A DNA stretch of 64,000 bases from Terriglobia bacterium (GTDB lineage Bacteria > Acidobacteriota > Terriglobia > Acidiferrales > UBA7541), in contig OY968796.1 of NCBI GenBank assembly GCA_963695545.1, positions 1,248,001-1,312,000 on the forward strand, written 5' to 3'. Shown here one piece after another: positions 20,705-31,765 of the stretch. A program made the translations under genes and the position numbers. Under the pieces are notes generated by a model that saw only the letters and a list, made by a program, of their open reading frames with translations, was not told the DNA's origin and did no database searches. The stretch's first letter is position 1. Each line of letters opens with the position of its first letter.

Positions 20705-20720
20705 TGGTATCTGAGTTGCT
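20705..20720 (+). promoter_or_regulatory. Sigma54 (-24/-12) promoter candidate
   Basis: TGGTAT-CTGAG-TTGCT fits TGGCAC-N5-TTGCW; upstream of an operon encoding a sigma54 activator. Confidence 0.55.
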
Positions 20721-20891
20721 ACATCGGAACGAAGGGTGGCTCGGTGTATACTTCGAATTAGGCGCCTTTGACGTTCTCTAGGCATCGCCCTATGGGTATC
20801 TTGATCGGTAGAAACTCGAGCGGGACCGGGTGCCAGTCCAGGACCAAATCACAGCAGGGCCGCAACCAGGCCAGTAAGGCACTTTTCGACG

Positions 20892-23717
20892 ATGTCGAAT
20901 AGCCTCCGCGCACGGTTTGGGGCTGTGGTGCTTGCCGCCACAACGCTCGCGGCCATCACTTTCTTCGCGATCAATTTCCAGCAGCGTTCCAGCGCGGCCA
21001 TACCCGACGACGGAGTTTCCTGGCTCGACAGCGCGCGTGGCGTGGTGGCCTGGCACGTGAGTCCAGGCTCTCCGGCGGACAATGCCGGGATTCGGCCGGA
21101 CGACCGGCTGGTTTCGATCGACGGAATCCCGATCCAGCGAGCGGTGCAGGTGACTCAGCGACTGTGGCGCCTGGGCGTGTGGACGCAAGTGAGCTACCGC
21201 ATCGAGCGGAACGACGGAACGTTCGACGCGCAATTGGTCACTGTGCCCGCGGCACGGCCCGCTTCAATCGAGAATTATCTTCGCGTCGTCGGAGTGCTGT
21301 ATCTATTCATCGGGCTCTTTATTTTCTGGCGCAGATGGAGCGCGGCGCGAGCGGTGCACTTCTACGTTTTCTGCCTGGTGTCCTTCATCCTGTACACGTT
21401 CCAATACACCGGCAAGCTCAGCACGTTCGATTGGGAAATTTATTGGGCGAGCATCGTGGCGCGCCTGTTGCAGCCGGCGCTGCTGGTGCATTTCGCGATG
21501 GTTTTTCCGGAGCGGCGCGTTTCCCCGGCGCGTCACAGGACGCTGCTTACTGCAATTTACGGCGTGGCCGCATTTTTGCTGGTGGTGCACATCTTCGTGG
21601 CCACGCAGACGATGGGTTTCGTGCCTTCGCTTGAAGCGCGGCTGACTCTCGATCAATTGGAGCTCGGCTACCTGGGTTTGTGCTTCCTGATCGCGGCCGG
21701 CATTTTCCTGCGAACGTATCGGCGCACGCCTTCGGGCTTGCTGCGACAGCAATTGAAATGGGTCACCGGCGGAACGCTGGCCGGCACGCTGCCCTTCCTG
21801 GGGCTTTATATCATTCCGTATTTCGCGGGGATCGCGCCGCAGCCGTGGATGAACCTATCAGCGCTTTCCTTGGCGCTAATTCCGCTGTGCTTCGGCTACG
21901 CCATCATCCGTTACCGGTTGATGGACGTGGACGTGATTTTCCGGCGCGGGCTGGCTTACACGGCGGCGACCGGCGGAGTGGTGGCGGTCTACATCGCGCT
22001 TGTGGCCTCGATGGGAGCGCTGTTTCACACCGCGTGGCCTTCGGGTCTGGTGGGCGAAGTGATCGCCATCGTGTTTGCGGCGTTTCTGTTCCAGCCGTTT
22101 CGCGATTGGATTCAGGCGCGGTTGGACCGTTTCTTCTACCGTGATCGCCTGGATTACCGGCGCACGCTGATTGAGTTCGGGCGCACGCTGACGAATGAAG
22201 TTCACCTCGAACCCATGCTGGCCTCGGTGATGGACCGGATTTCGCAAACGCTGCTGGTGGATCGATTGGCGGTGTTTCTGGAAACGCCGGGCGGCGAGGG
22301 GCGCTACCAACTGGCGCGGTCCATGGGAATCAGCGCTGCGGAGCCGCTCGATCTGCGCTTTCTTGACGACGAGCGTATGCCGTTCGCGCGGGGGTGCCTG
22401 TTCTACGAAACGCCACGCGCCGCGCGCGAAACCGATGCGTCCATCCGGCAGACTCTCGACGCGCTGGACCTGAACTATTTCATTCCTTGCCGCATTCGCG
22501 ACCACACCGTGGGCGTGCTGGGCCTCGGAAAAACCGTGGACGGCGACTACCTTTCGAGCGAAGACATCGAGCTTTTGTACACCATCGCCGGATATGTGGC
22601 GATCGCGCTCGACAATGCGCAGCTTTATTCCTCGCTCGAGCAGAAGGCGGTGCAGATCGAGCGGCTGAAGGATTTCTCCGAGAACATCGTCGAATCGCTG
22701 AATGTCGGCGTGCTGGCCGTGGACCTCGAGGGTCGCATCGAATCGTGGAATCCGCAGCTCGAGCAAATGATCGGCGCGCCGCGTGAAGAAGCGGTCGGGC
22801 GGAAACTCGAAGAGGTGTTGCCGAGCGATCTGGTGGCGGAAATCGAGGCGCGTGCCGGAGACGGCCGCGTTTCGAGCCTCTACAAATTTCACCTGCACAA
22901 TCGCGCGGGGCGCACGCTGGTGATCAACGTTTCGATCGCGCCGCTGGTGGGCAAACCGGGCGAGCGCATCGGCCGGCTGATCCTGATGGACGACATCACG
23001 CAGCGTGTGCGACTGGAGCAGCAGTTGGTGCAAACCGAAAAACTCACGTCGCTGGGCCTTTTGGCCGCCGGCGTGGCGCACGAGGTGAATACGCCACTGG
23101 CGGTGATCTCGAATTACGTTCAGATGCTGGCGAAGCAATTGCCGACGGAGGATCCGCGGCAGGGGTTGATCGAGAAAATCGTTAAGCAAACTTTCCGCGC
23201 AAGCGAAATCGCCAACAACCTGCTGAATTTCTCGCGCACGGCGCCGACGGAATTTTCCGAAGTCAATCTGAACAACGTAGTCGAGGACACACTTTCTCTG
23301 GTGACACATCCGTTCCGCACGGCGCGCGTGCAGGTGATCCGCAATCTGCAGGGCGATCTGCCGAGCGTGCTGGGCTCGAACAACCGGCTGCAGCAGGTTT
23401 TCTTGAATCTTTTCATGAACGCGCGCGACGCCATGCCCTCCGGCGGAATGGTGGAGGTGCGCACGGCGTCGCATAACGGCAGCGTGGAAGTGGAAATCAC
23501 CGATACCGGCCTGGGGATCACGCGGGAAAACTTGCAGCGCATTTTCGATCCTTTCTTCACCACGAAATCGTCCGGACGCGGAACGGGGCTGGGCCTCTCC
23601 GTGAGCTACGGGATCATCAAAGAACATGCGGGGAAAATCGAGGTGCGTTCGACCCCCGGCAAAGGCACCTCGTTCCATCTGGAATTTCCGACGGCGCGGA
23701 AAACCGTTCATGCCTAA
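20892..23717 (+). CDS. Membrane sensor histidine kinase (PDZ, multi-TM, GAF, PAS, HisKA, HATPase)
   Basis: SPADNAGIRPDD PDZ motif; AHEVNTPL H-box; NARDA, DTGLGI, FDPFFTTK, GTGLGL. Confidence 0.93.
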   Translation: MSNSLRARFGAVVLAATTLAAITFFAINFQQRSSAAIPDDGVSWLDSARGVVAWHVSPGSPADNAGIRPDDRLVSIDGIPIQRAVQVTQRLWRLGVWTQVSYRIERNDGTFDAQLVTVPAARPASIENYLRVVGVLYLFIGLFIFWRRWSAARAVHFYVFCLVSFILYTFQYTGKLSTFDWEIYWASIVARLLQPALLVHFAMVFPERRVSPARHRTLLTAIYGVAAFLLVVHIFVATQTMGFVPSLEARLTLDQLELGYLGLCFLIAAGIFLRTYRRTPSGLLRQQLKWVTGGTLAGTLPFLGLYIIPYFAGIAPQPWMNLSALSLALIPLCFGYAIIRYRLMDVDVIFRRGLAYTAATGGVVAVYIALVASMGALFHTAWPSGLVGEVIAIVFAAFLFQPFRDWIQARLDRFFYRDRLDYRRTLIEFGRTLTNEVHLEPMLASVMDRISQTLLVDRLAVFLETPGGEGRYQLARSMGISAAEPLDLRFLDDERMPFARGCLFYETPRAARETDASIRQTLDALDLNYFIPCRIRDHTVGVLGLGKTVDGDYLSSEDIELLYTIAGYVAIALDNAQLYSSLEQKAVQIERLKDFSENIVESLNVGVLAVDLEGRIESWNPQLEQMIGAPREEAVGRKLEEVLPSDLVAEIEARAGDGRVSSLYKFHLHNRAGRTLVINVSIAPLVGKPGERIGRLILMDDITQRVRLEQQLVQTEKLTSLGLLAAGVAHEVNTPLAVISNYVQMLAKQLPTEDPRQGLIEKIVKQTFRASEIANNLLNFSRTAPTEFSEVNLNNVVEDTLSLVTHPFRTARVQVIRNLQGDLPSVLGSNNRLQQVFLNLFMNARDAMPSGGMVEVRTASHNGSVEVEITDTGLGITRENLQRIFDPFFTTKSSGRGTGLGLSVSYGIIKEHAGKIEVRSTPGKGTSFHLEFPTARKTVHA

Positions 23718-25189
23718 AGGTTCCATTCTCGTAGTGGACGACGAAGCGGAAATACGCGAAGGCCTCGAACTGTTGCTGAGTTCGGAAGGCTACGCGGTGA
23801 CGTCGGCGGAAACGGCCGCGGCCGGATTGACGCGTGCTGGAGGAGCGGCCGGTCGATCTCGTCTTGCTCGACGTGAGCTTGCCCGATCGCAACGGGCTCG
23901 AATTGCTGCAGGAAATTCGCCGCCGCGATCCGCTGCTGGCCATCGTGCTGATCACGGCGTATGGATCGATCGAGATGGCGCGCGCGGCGTTCAAGAACGG
24001 CGCGCAGGATTACATCACCAAGCCGTGGTCCAACGACGAATTGCTGGCGCAGGTGGCGCAGGCTGTTGAGGGACGGCAACTGCGCGAAGAAAACGTGCAG
24101 CTGAAGCGCGCACTGAAACAGCGCTACAACTTTCCGAACATTATCGGCAAAAGCGAAAAGATGCTTTCTCTGCTCGATCTCGTGAGCCAGGTGGCGGCGT
24201 CGCGTTCGACGGTGCTGATCTCGGGCGAAAGCGGCACGGGCAAGGAATTGATCGCGAAGGCGATTCACTCGGCATCGCCGCGCGCCGATAAGGCTTTTGT
24301 CCCCATCAATACCGGTTCCATTCCCGTGGATCTGCTCGAATCGCAATTGTTCGGGCACGTGAAGGGCGCGTTCACCAGCGCGGTGGCCTCGAAAAAGGGA
24401 CTATTCGAGGTGGCCGATCAGGGAACAATTTTCTTCGACGAGATTTCGACCATTGGCCCCGAGACACAGGCCAAACTTCTGCGCGTGATTCAGGAGCGCG
24501 AGTTCATGCGCCTGGGCGGGACCGAAACGATCAAGGTGGACGTGCGCATCCTGGCGGCGTCAAATGTGGATTTGGTGAATCTGGTGCGCGAAGGGCGCTT
24601 CCGCGAGGATTTGTTTCATCGCTTGAACGTGATCGCACTACAGTTGACGCCGCTGCGCGAACGCAAGGAAGACATTCCATTGCTCGTGGCGCATTGCCTG
24701 CGGCGCTTTTCCGAAGAAAACGGACGCTCGCCGCAGACGTTCACGCACGCGGCGATGAAATTGATGATGGATTACGATTGGCCGGGCAACGTGCGCGAAC
24801 TTGAAAACGTTGTCGAGCGCGCCGTGGTGCTTTCAACGCAAGATGCGATTCCGCCGGAACTGCTGCCGGAAAATGTGCGCACGCGCGAGATTGTGCGCGG
24901 GCTGCGATTGCAACTGACGGAATTTGTGCCGCCGCTGCCGGGCGAGCCCGGTGCGCGCACCGGCGCCGACAGCTCAAAGGCCTCGTTGTTCCAGATCATG
25001 GAGGAGGTCGAGCGGCGGATTGTGACCGACATGCTCGAGCGCACCGGCTGGAACCAGACCGAGGCGGCCGAACATTTCCAGATTCCGCTATCGACGCTCA
25101 ACCAGAAAATAAAGCGGCTGGGAATAGAAACACGCCGCCGCACACGCGCCAGCGGCGAGCCTGCCGTGGCCGAAGCCGCGGGAAAGTAA
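23710..25189 (+). CDS. Sigma54-dependent response regulator (NtrC family), +1 frameshift at ~23835
   Basis: MPKGSILVVDDE from 23710 continues in another frame as LEERPVDLVLLD; GESGTGKE, GAFTSA, WPGNVREL, C-terminal HTH. Confidence 0.9.
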
Positions 25190-25276
25190 TTCGCGCGCGC
25201 ATGCGTGCGCCTCTTCGCATTATTTCTTCAACACTGATGGAATTCTGATCGGCGCGAAAGGGCGCCGCGCTTCGCG

Positions 25277-25846
25277 CTATTTATTGGCGGGATCGGGCGG
25301 ACCGGGCTTTTTCGGCATCAGCGTGGTGGTTAGATCCACGCCGGAAAGATCGACGCCAGTGAGATCGGTTTCGCGCAAGATGGTGACGCCCATATCGGCG
25401 CCGGCGAATTGCGCGCCCTGGATATTGGAAGCGCGGAAATTCGTGTTGCGCAGATTGGCTTTGTGAAAAATCGCGTTGGTGAGGTCGCAGCGAAATAGTT
25501 CGACGCCGCTGACTTGCGCGCCGGTCAAATCGGCGCCGGGCAGAACGCATTCGGTCATATCCGTGCTGCGCAAATCGGCGCCGCGCAGATTGGCGCCGGA
25601 AAAATCGGCGCGGGTCAATTTGGCTCGGCGAAAATTTGCGCCATCGAGGCGCGCACCCTTCAGAATCGCGTCCGTCAAATCTGCGCCGCCGAAATCCACG
25701 CGCGAAAGCTGAGCACCGGAAAGGTCCGCGCGCTCGCCACCGGGTTCACCCAGATGCGCGCGATGGTTGGCTTCTACAATTTCGCTCACGCGCTTGCCGT
25801 TGTGCTTGACCGAAGCCGGCTTTCGCAATCCGCCAAACAATCCCAT
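25277..25846 (-). CDS. Pentapeptide repeat protein
   Basis: A(D/N)Lxx repeats; AGGAG RBS before ATG 25846. Confidence 0.88.
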   Translation of the reverse strand: MGLFGGLRKPASVKHNGKRVSEIVEANHRAHLGEPGGERADLSGAQLSRVDFGGADLTDAILKGARLDGANFRRAKLTRADFSGANLRGADLRSTDMTECVLPGADLTGAQVSGVELFRCDLTNAIFHKANLRNTNFRASNIQGAQFAGADMGVTILRETDLTGVDLSGVDLTTTLMPKKPGPPDPANK

Positions 25847-26085
25847 TGAACTCCTCGCTCGAATCTCGCAAATCCAGCAATTGATTGTACTCAAAGCGAG
25901 TGGGCTCGGCCAGCGATTGCCGGCATCCATTGCGCGAAAGCGATCGAGCGCGGCCCCGCAGCTTCGGGCGTCGCGCGGCGGAGCGCGCGCCGCTAAGTCT
26001 GCGAAGGCAAAGTGTGGTATTTTCGCCCGAGCGGGCCTGCGCGGAGCGCAATGCTTCACAAATTTGCGCGGAGCGCGATGCGAAA

Positions 26086-27123
26086 ATGGAACTACTCGAT
26101 CAAATCAAAAAACGGGCTCGCGCTAACCCGCAGCGCATCGTGCTCGTCGAAGGCGAGGACCCGCGCATTATCGAAGCGGCGGGGATAATCGTCGCGGAGG
26201 GATTTGCGCGGCCCGCGCTGCTGGGACGGCCCGAGCAGATCGAAGCGCTGGCCGCGGTTTCAGGGATTTCGCTCGAAGGCATCACCCTGATCGATCCGGA
26301 CGCGAGCGCGCATCTGGGGCGATACGCGCAAATCTATTACGAACGCAGGCGCACGCGCGGAATTTCGCTCGACGAAGCGCGGCAAATGGCGCGAAAGCCG
26401 CTTTATTTCGCCGCGCTGGCGGTGGCCGCTGGCGACGCCGACGGTTCAGTCGGCGGCGCGGTGAACACGACGGCGGAAACCGTGCGCGCCGCGTTGCACG
26501 CGATCGGTCTTGCGCCGGATGCGCGTTTGGTCTCCAGTTTTTTTCTGATGCTCGTGCCGGAGCGCGGTGGGCGGCCGACCGAAACGTTGCTTTTTGCAGA
26601 TTGCGCCGTGGTGCCCGATCCGAAGCCAGCGGAGCTTGCGGAAATCGCGCGCGCCACGGCGGAAAACGCCCGCGTGTTTCTTGAAACTGAACCACGCGTT
26701 GCGCTGCTTTCATTTTCGACCAAGGGTTCGGCGAACCATGCGCGCGTCGAGCGAGTTCGAGAAGCGCTGCGCGTGCTGTGCGAGCGCGCGCCGGATCTGC
26801 TTTGCGACGGCGAACTGCAAGCCGACGCGGCGCTGGTGCCCGATGTTGCGGCAGGCAAAGCGCCGGGATCGCCGGTCGCGGGGCGCGCCAACGTTTTGAT
26901 CTTTCCCGATCTTGATGCGGGCAATATCGGTTACAAGCTCGTCGAACGACTCGGCGGCGCCACGGCGATTGGACCGATTTTGCAGGGCTTGGATCGTCCG
27001 GCGAATGATTTGTCGCGCGGTTGCAGCGCGAGCGACGTTGTGAGCGTTGCCGCCATCACTGCGTTGCAGGCGATCGCACGCAAGCAAGCTGCGGCAGCGA
27101 TTGGTGCCGCTATTCGCCGCTAG
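26086..27123 (+). CDS. pta: Phosphate acetyltransferase
   Basis: [52 protein letters not shown]. Confidence 0.95.
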   Translation: MELLDQIKKRARANPQRIVLVEGEDPRIIEAAGIIVAEGFARPALLGRPEQIEALAAVSGISLEGITLIDPDASAHLGRYAQIYYERRRTRGISLDEARQMARKPLYFAALAVAAGDADGSVGGAVNTTAETVRAALHAIGLAPDARLVSSFFLMLVPERGGRPTETLLFADCAVVPDPKPAELAEIARATAENARVFLETEPRVALLSFSTKGSANHARVERVREALRVLCERAPDLLCDGELQADAALVPDVAAGKAPGSPVAGRANVLIFPDLDAGNIGYKLVERLGGATAIGPILQGLDRPANDLSRGCSASDVVSVAAITALQAIARKQAAAAIGAAIRR

Positions 27124-27125
27124 CG

Positions 27126-28112
27126 ATGCTTCGGCGCGGCGCATTTTCGGCGTTCTGGCTTGCGATCGCGCTGGCCGCCGCGCAGTTAGCCGCGCCGCAA
27201 ATTTCAGCGCAGCAGCAGCAACCTCCGGCGCGCGATGTGGTCGCGAATTTCGCCGCGGGTCGCGTGGAAATTTGCGCGGCCAAAGATACCATTCTGATCG
27301 CCACGGCCGACGAGCCGGTCGAACCCGGGTCGCGTCCGCCGGAGATTTTCGCCCTCGGCACCGGACGACTCGGCATTCTGCTGGGCGCCGTGGAATGGAT
27401 CGAGCCAGGATCGGGCGGTCCGCCCGACCGTTTCGCGCAGGACCTGAGCGCGATCGGTCACGAAGCGCCGGGCCCGGATTCCGTGATCGCCGCGGGAAAC
27501 GAAGCCAACGACATCGAAATGCTCGGCATCGCGTTGCTCGAGCGCATTCGCGCGCAAGCCGAGGGCTTTCACCACAAGATCGATCTCGGCGCGGACGAAC
27601 CGCTGGTCGAGCTCGTCGTGGTCGATTACGTGGATGGCTACGGCTTTGAAGCGTGGCTCGTGAGTTACAACATTAAGCAGCAATTGCTGGGCAACGACTA
27701 CTGGATGACTAGCGTTTCGCGGCCGGATTACACGCAACTCTATCCGCCGGAGAAGGGCCAGCCGCGGACTTTGCTCGAGGTGCGCTATCCGCCCAAACTT
27801 GAACCTACGCTGCTTGATCGGCTCAGGCGGGATGACCCGGATCTCCAGCGCATCAGCGATGCCTCGCCGCAGTTAACCCAGGCGACTTCGCAGCTTCTGA
27901 ACGGAGTAAGCCCGAAGTCCGCTGCTGCCGATGACGCTGATTTTCTGCGCGCGGCGTTACCTGTGGTGACGCGGCCTGCGGCTCGCGTGGCGCTGGTAGA
28001 AATTACGGACGAAAAGGACGTCGTGTGGATCGCAGGCAGCCCCGTGCCCGCGCCGCCACCACCGCCAGGCCAGAAGAGCGAGCCGGACGCGCCTTCGCTC
28101 TACAAGCACTGA
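27126..28112 (+). CDS. Exported hypothetical protein
   Basis: Signal peptide from ATG 27126, directly after pta; Pro-rich C-terminal tail. Confidence 0.75.
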   Translation: MLRRGAFSAFWLAIALAAAQLAAPQISAQQQQPPARDVVANFAAGRVEICAAKDTILIATADEPVEPGSRPPEIFALGTGRLGILLGAVEWIEPGSGGPPDRFAQDLSAIGHEAPGPDSVIAAGNEANDIEMLGIALLERIRAQAEGFHHKIDLGADEPLVELVVVDYVDGYGFEAWLVSYNIKQQLLGNDYWMTSVSRPDYTQLYPPEKGQPRTLLEVRYPPKLEPTLLDRLRRDDPDLQRISDASPQLTQATSQLLNGVSPKSAAADDADFLRAALPVVTRPAARVALVEITDEKDVVWIAGSPVPAPPPPPGQKSEPDAPSLYKH

Positions 28113-28161
28113 TGCTTCGAGCGAGCGGGCGCAATTTGCCGCGCGACTCGGCCGACAATTC

Positions 28162-28704
28162 TCAGCTGGGTTTTTTTCCGTACTGCAATCGCACGCGGGC
28201 GCTTTTCTCCTCGACCGAGCGCGCGAGCTCCTCTTTGTATTCGATCAGGCGACGCGCCGTAGACGGATCCGAAACTGACAGGATCTCCGCGGCGTAGATT
28301 GCCGCGTTAATCGCGCCGGGCTTATCGATGGCCATCGCCGCTACGGGAACGCCGGCGGGCATCTGCACGGTGGAGAGCAGCGAATCAATTCCCGAGAGCA
28401 CCGTGGTCGCCATGGGCACGGCGATCACCGGCAGAGTCGTCAGCGCAGCAACAACGCCGGCCAAATGAGCAGCGCCTCCGGCCGCCACGATCACCACTTT
28501 GAGACCGCGCGAAATCGCGGTCTTAGCGTATTCGTGCGTTTTCGCCGGAGAGCGATGCGCGGAGATCACCTCGACTTCGTATGGGATGCCGAATTTGTCG
28601 AGCATCTTCGCCGACTCGTTCATCACGGGCAGGTCCGTGTCCGACCCCATGATGATTCCCACCAGCGGCGATGCCCCCGACTTGCCGGGATTCTCTGTGG
28701 CCAA
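28162..28704 (-). CDS. purE: N5-carboxyaminoimidazole ribonucleotide mutase
   Basis: [31 protein letters not shown]. Confidence 0.96.
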   Translation of the reverse strand: MATENPGKSGASPLVGIIMGSDTDLPVMNESAKMLDKFGIPYEVEVISAHRSPAKTHEYAKTAISRGLKVVIVAAGGAAHLAGVVAALTTLPVIAVPMATTVLSGIDSLLSTVQMPAGVPVAAMAIDKPGAINAAIYAAEILSVSDPSTARRLIEYKEELARSVEEKSARVRLQYGKKPS

Positions 28705-28754
28705 CTTTCCTCCTTGAACTTTCGAGATTCGCTAATGTCTTACAAATTCCCGGC

Positions 28755-30068
28755 TTAGCCATCCGCCACAGCGACGCGTTTCGAGGTCGCATTCGCGGCG
28801 CGAATTGGGGCGGACGTGCCGATATCGCGACGATAATGAGCCCCGTCGAAATGAATGTGCCGCACGGCTGAGTAAGCGGTACCGAGCGCGGATGGAAGGT
28901 CCTTGCCCGCGGCGGTGACGCCCAGGACCCGACCGCTACTTGTGTAGTATTGTGAGCCTTCCCTTTTCGTTCCCGCGTGAAAGACCTTCGCGCTGCTGAT
29001 CGCTTCCGCCTCTGCCAATCCCTCGATCCGCTTCCCAGACTCAAATGCTCCGGGATAACCGCCCGATGCCATGACGATGCACGCGCTCGCTCCCGGCTTC
29101 CAGACCGCATCGAATCGATCCAATTCTCCGGCGAGGAGCGCCTGAAATGCAGCGGCCAGGTCGAAATCCATGCGCATAAGAATCGGCTGCGTCTCCGGAT
29201 CGCCGAGGCGACAATTGAATTCCAATAACCTCGGGCCGCTGGACGTGAGCATCAGTCCGAAATATAGAAAGCCGCGGTAGGGGCGATTCTCCTTTGCCAG
29301 ACCGTCGAGCGTGGGACGCACGATGTCTTTTTGTATCTGGGCCTCGAGCTCGGGCCACAGCAGTCCATCGGCCGAATACGCGCCCATTCCGCCTGTGTTC
29401 GGGCCGCGATCCTGATCGAACACGCGCTTGTGATCGCGCGTCGGCGCAAGGGGAATGAAATTTCTCCCGTCGGTCATAATGATGTAGGAAAGTTCGGGGC
29501 CGCGCAGCGATTCTTCGATCAAAACTTGTGCGCCGCTGTCGCCGAATTCGCGCTTGTCCAGTGCGCGCTCGATGAACGCGGCGGCCTCAGCTCGATCGCC
29601 GGCGACGAGCACGCCTTTTCCGGCGCACAGACCGTCAGCTTTAATCACCACCGGCCATTCCGTGCCCAGGGCCGCGATTGCCTGCGGCGCCGAGTCGAAG
29701 ACGCCGATGTTCCGCGCCGTCGCAATGCCGTGGCGCGCCATGAATTCTTTTGCGAAAACTTTGCTGCCTTCAAGTTCGGCGCCGCGCCTCGACGGTCCAA
29801 CCAATCGCAATCCCCGCGCGGCGAACGCGTCGGCCACGCCGTTTACCAGCGGAACTTCCGGGCCAACCACAGTCATGTCCGCGCCCAGACTCTGCGCGAG
29901 CGACACGAGTGAATCGGCATCGTCCAATCGCGCGGGCAGACATTCGACTTCCGCCGAAATTCCGCCGTTGCCTGGCGCGCACCAAACGGAATCGACCGAA
30001 GGCGATTGGCGCAACTTCCACACCAGCGCGTGCTCGCGGCCGCCGCTGCCTAAAACCAGAATCTTCAT
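28755..30068 (-). CDS. purD: Phosphoribosylamine-glycine ligase
   Basis: MKILVLGSGGREHAL, KADGLCAGKGV, GPNTGGMGAY, EFNCRLGDPE. Confidence 0.97.
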   Translation of the reverse strand: MKILVLGSGGREHALVWKLRQSPSVDSVWCAPGNGGISAEVECLPARLDDADSLVSLAQSLGADMTVVGPEVPLVNGVADAFAARGLRLVGPSRRGAELEGSKVFAKEFMARHGIATARNIGVFDSAPQAIAALGTEWPVVIKADGLCAGKGVLVAGDRAEAAAFIERALDKREFGDSGAQVLIEESLRGPELSYIIMTDGRNFIPLAPTRDHKRVFDQDRGPNTGGMGAYSADGLLWPELEAQIQKDIVRPTLDGLAKENRPYRGFLYFGLMLTSSGPRLLEFNCRLGDPETQPILMRMDFDLAAAFQALLAGELDRFDAVWKPGASACIVMASGGYPGAFESGKRIEGLAEAEAISSAKVFHAGTKREGSQYYTSSGRVLGVTAAGKDLPSALGTAYSAVRHIHFDGAHYRRDIGTSAPIRAANATSKRVAVADG

Positions 30069-30201
30069 TGCCGTGTCACGATAAACGCCGCGGAGAGCCG
30101 TGTCAACGGTCGCCAGTGCGCGGGCGCCCGTGCGCCAACGCCGCGCGACGTCGCATCGCATGCTTGCTCGGAACGGCCGTTGCTGCCTAGACTCTTACCT
30201 C

Positions 30202-30939
30202 ATGCGCCTTCTCGGCATCCCGTGGGATTTCGTCGCGATACTGCTGGTGCTGGCCATCGCGGTGCCGTGGCGTGGCGCCGTGCGCATACGTCAACTGCTC
30301 ACGAGACCAAGTCTCGGCTCGCGTGAACGCGTCGCGCTGTACGCTTCCACCATTGCATTTCAATGGATCGCCGTCGGCGTGATTTTTTGGCGCGCCGCGG
30401 TGCGCGGCCTTACGGCTTCACAGCTCGGCCTGATCGTCGGACGTCCCGACCGAACGATTGCCGTCGCAGTGGGCACAACGGCGTTGCTCGCGATTTTTCA
30501 GTGGCAGGGACTCAGACAACTTCGCCGCATGACGCCGGATCCTGAGTCGCGCCTGGTGCAGTTTCGCGAAAAAATTTTGCCGCAAAATATAACTGATTCG
30601 CTGGTTTTCGTCGCCCTGGCGTGTACTGTCGCGGTGTGCGAGGAATTGATTTACAGGGGATTCGTGTACGCAGTCATTCTATCGGCCGCGAAGGGATCCG
30701 TGACGATCGCGATTCTTGTTTCTTCCGCGATCTTTGCGGCGGCGCATGCGTATCAAGGGCGCCAGGGACTTGCGACTACGTTTATTCTCGGAGCGTTGTT
30801 TGCGTTCACGCGCGTCTGGACGCTCAGTCTGCTGCCCGCGATACTCGCGCATCTTGTGGTGGATTTAATTTCCGGACTTTCGGGTGCGAAGGCGCTGCGC
30901 AGCGCGGCTGCTGGTGCAAGCGATGTCGCGCAATCATAA
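30202..30939 (+). CDS. CPBP-family (CAAX/Abi) intramembrane metalloprotease
   Basis: EELIYRG, FAAAHAYQG, AHLVVD motifs. Confidence 0.9.
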   Translation: MRLLGIPWDFVAILLVLAIAVPWRGAVRIRQLLTRPSLGSRERVALYASTIAFQWIAVGVIFWRAAVRGLTASQLGLIVGRPDRTIAVAVGTTALLAIFQWQGLRQLRRMTPDPESRLVQFREKILPQNITDSLVFVALACTVAVCEELIYRGFVYAVILSAAKGSVTIAILVSSAIFAAAHAYQGRQGLATTFILGALFAFTRVWTLSLLPAILAHLVVDLISGLSGAKALRSAAAGASDVAQS

Positions 30940-30966
30940 GCTTATAGATATTAGTTATAATTAATA

Positions 30967-31647
30967 ATGGCTAAAAGACATAACATTGAGCTGTCGTCGG
31001 GAACGATCGTTTCAGCGCTGCGCCCGTTCGGCGTGACGCCCTCGGCGCAGCAGATCGATTCGATTCGCCGCTATCTCGACGTGCTACTCCTTTGGAATGA
31101 GAAGGTTGGATTAACGACGCTGTCCGATCCCGAGGAGATCGTTGCCCGGCACTTCGGCGAGAGCCTGTTTTGCACGCGTTTTGTGCGGCTCGAACGCGGT
31201 CGGCTGGCCGACATTGGTTCAGGTGGAGGGTTTCCGGGCCTGGCAATCAAGGTCATGTGCCAAGACCTGGAGCTTTTTTTGGTCGAATCGAACAAAAAGA
31301 AGGCAGTGTTTCTGGCGGAGGTCGTGCGAACGTTGGAGGTGGGCCATGTCGAGATTATCGCGATGCGATTTGAAGATTGGCGCCCGGAGGCCGGGAGTCT
31401 CGACTTCATCACGAGCCGGGCATTAGGCCACTATCCGTTCCTCATGCGGTGGGCACACGAGACGCTAAAGCCCTCCGGGAAGCTGATCCTTTGGTTGGGA
31501 GACGAAGAGGGCACGCGTGTTCAAACGAGGCCTGGGTGGCGCTGGAGGGTCCCCGAGCGCATACCACTGAGTCGGCAGAGACAACTACTCGTTGGCTCGC
31601 CTGAGTCAACGGCGATGGACGGAATGTTCCACGTGGAACATTCCTGA
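30967..31647 (+). CDS. rsmG: 16S rRNA m7G527 methyltransferase
   Basis: WNEKVGLT, RHFGES, DIGSGGGFPG, VESNKKK, TSRA; upstream of parA. Confidence 0.93.
   Translation: MAKRHNIELSSGTIVSALRPFGVTPSAQQIDSIRRYLDVLLLWNEKVGLTTLSDPEEIVARHFGESLFCTRFVRLERGRLADIGSGGGFPGLAIKVMCQDLELFLVESNKKKAVFLAEVVRTLEVGHVEIIAMRFEDWRPEAGSLDFITSRALGHYPFLMRWAHETLKPSGKLILWLGDEEGTRVQTRPGWRWRVPERIPLSRQRQLLVGSPESTAMDGMFHVEHS
31625..31640. promoter_or_regulatory. parS site
   Basis: Perfect palindrome TGTTCCACGTGGAACA, extending to 24 bp at 31621-31644. Confidence 0.93.
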
Positions 31648-31694
31648 GGGGGCTGATTGCTATCTCATTTGTCCAGGGAGACGCAATTTCAGAG

Positions 31695-31710
31695 TGTTGC
31701 ACGTGAAACA
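31695..31710. promoter_or_regulatory. Second parS site
   Basis: TGTTGCACGTGAAACA fits TGTTNCACGTGAAACA. Confidence 0.85.
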
Positions 31711-31765
31711 TCTTGCGGGCTCGATTTCTACCTGATACAGTCCCTGCTCAAGGACAGGGGGGAAA

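Noticed and set aside
30937..30969. AT-rich patch as the oriC unwinding element
   Set aside because: About 30 bp between abutting genes with no DnaA-box cluster seen; more likely the rsmG promoter region
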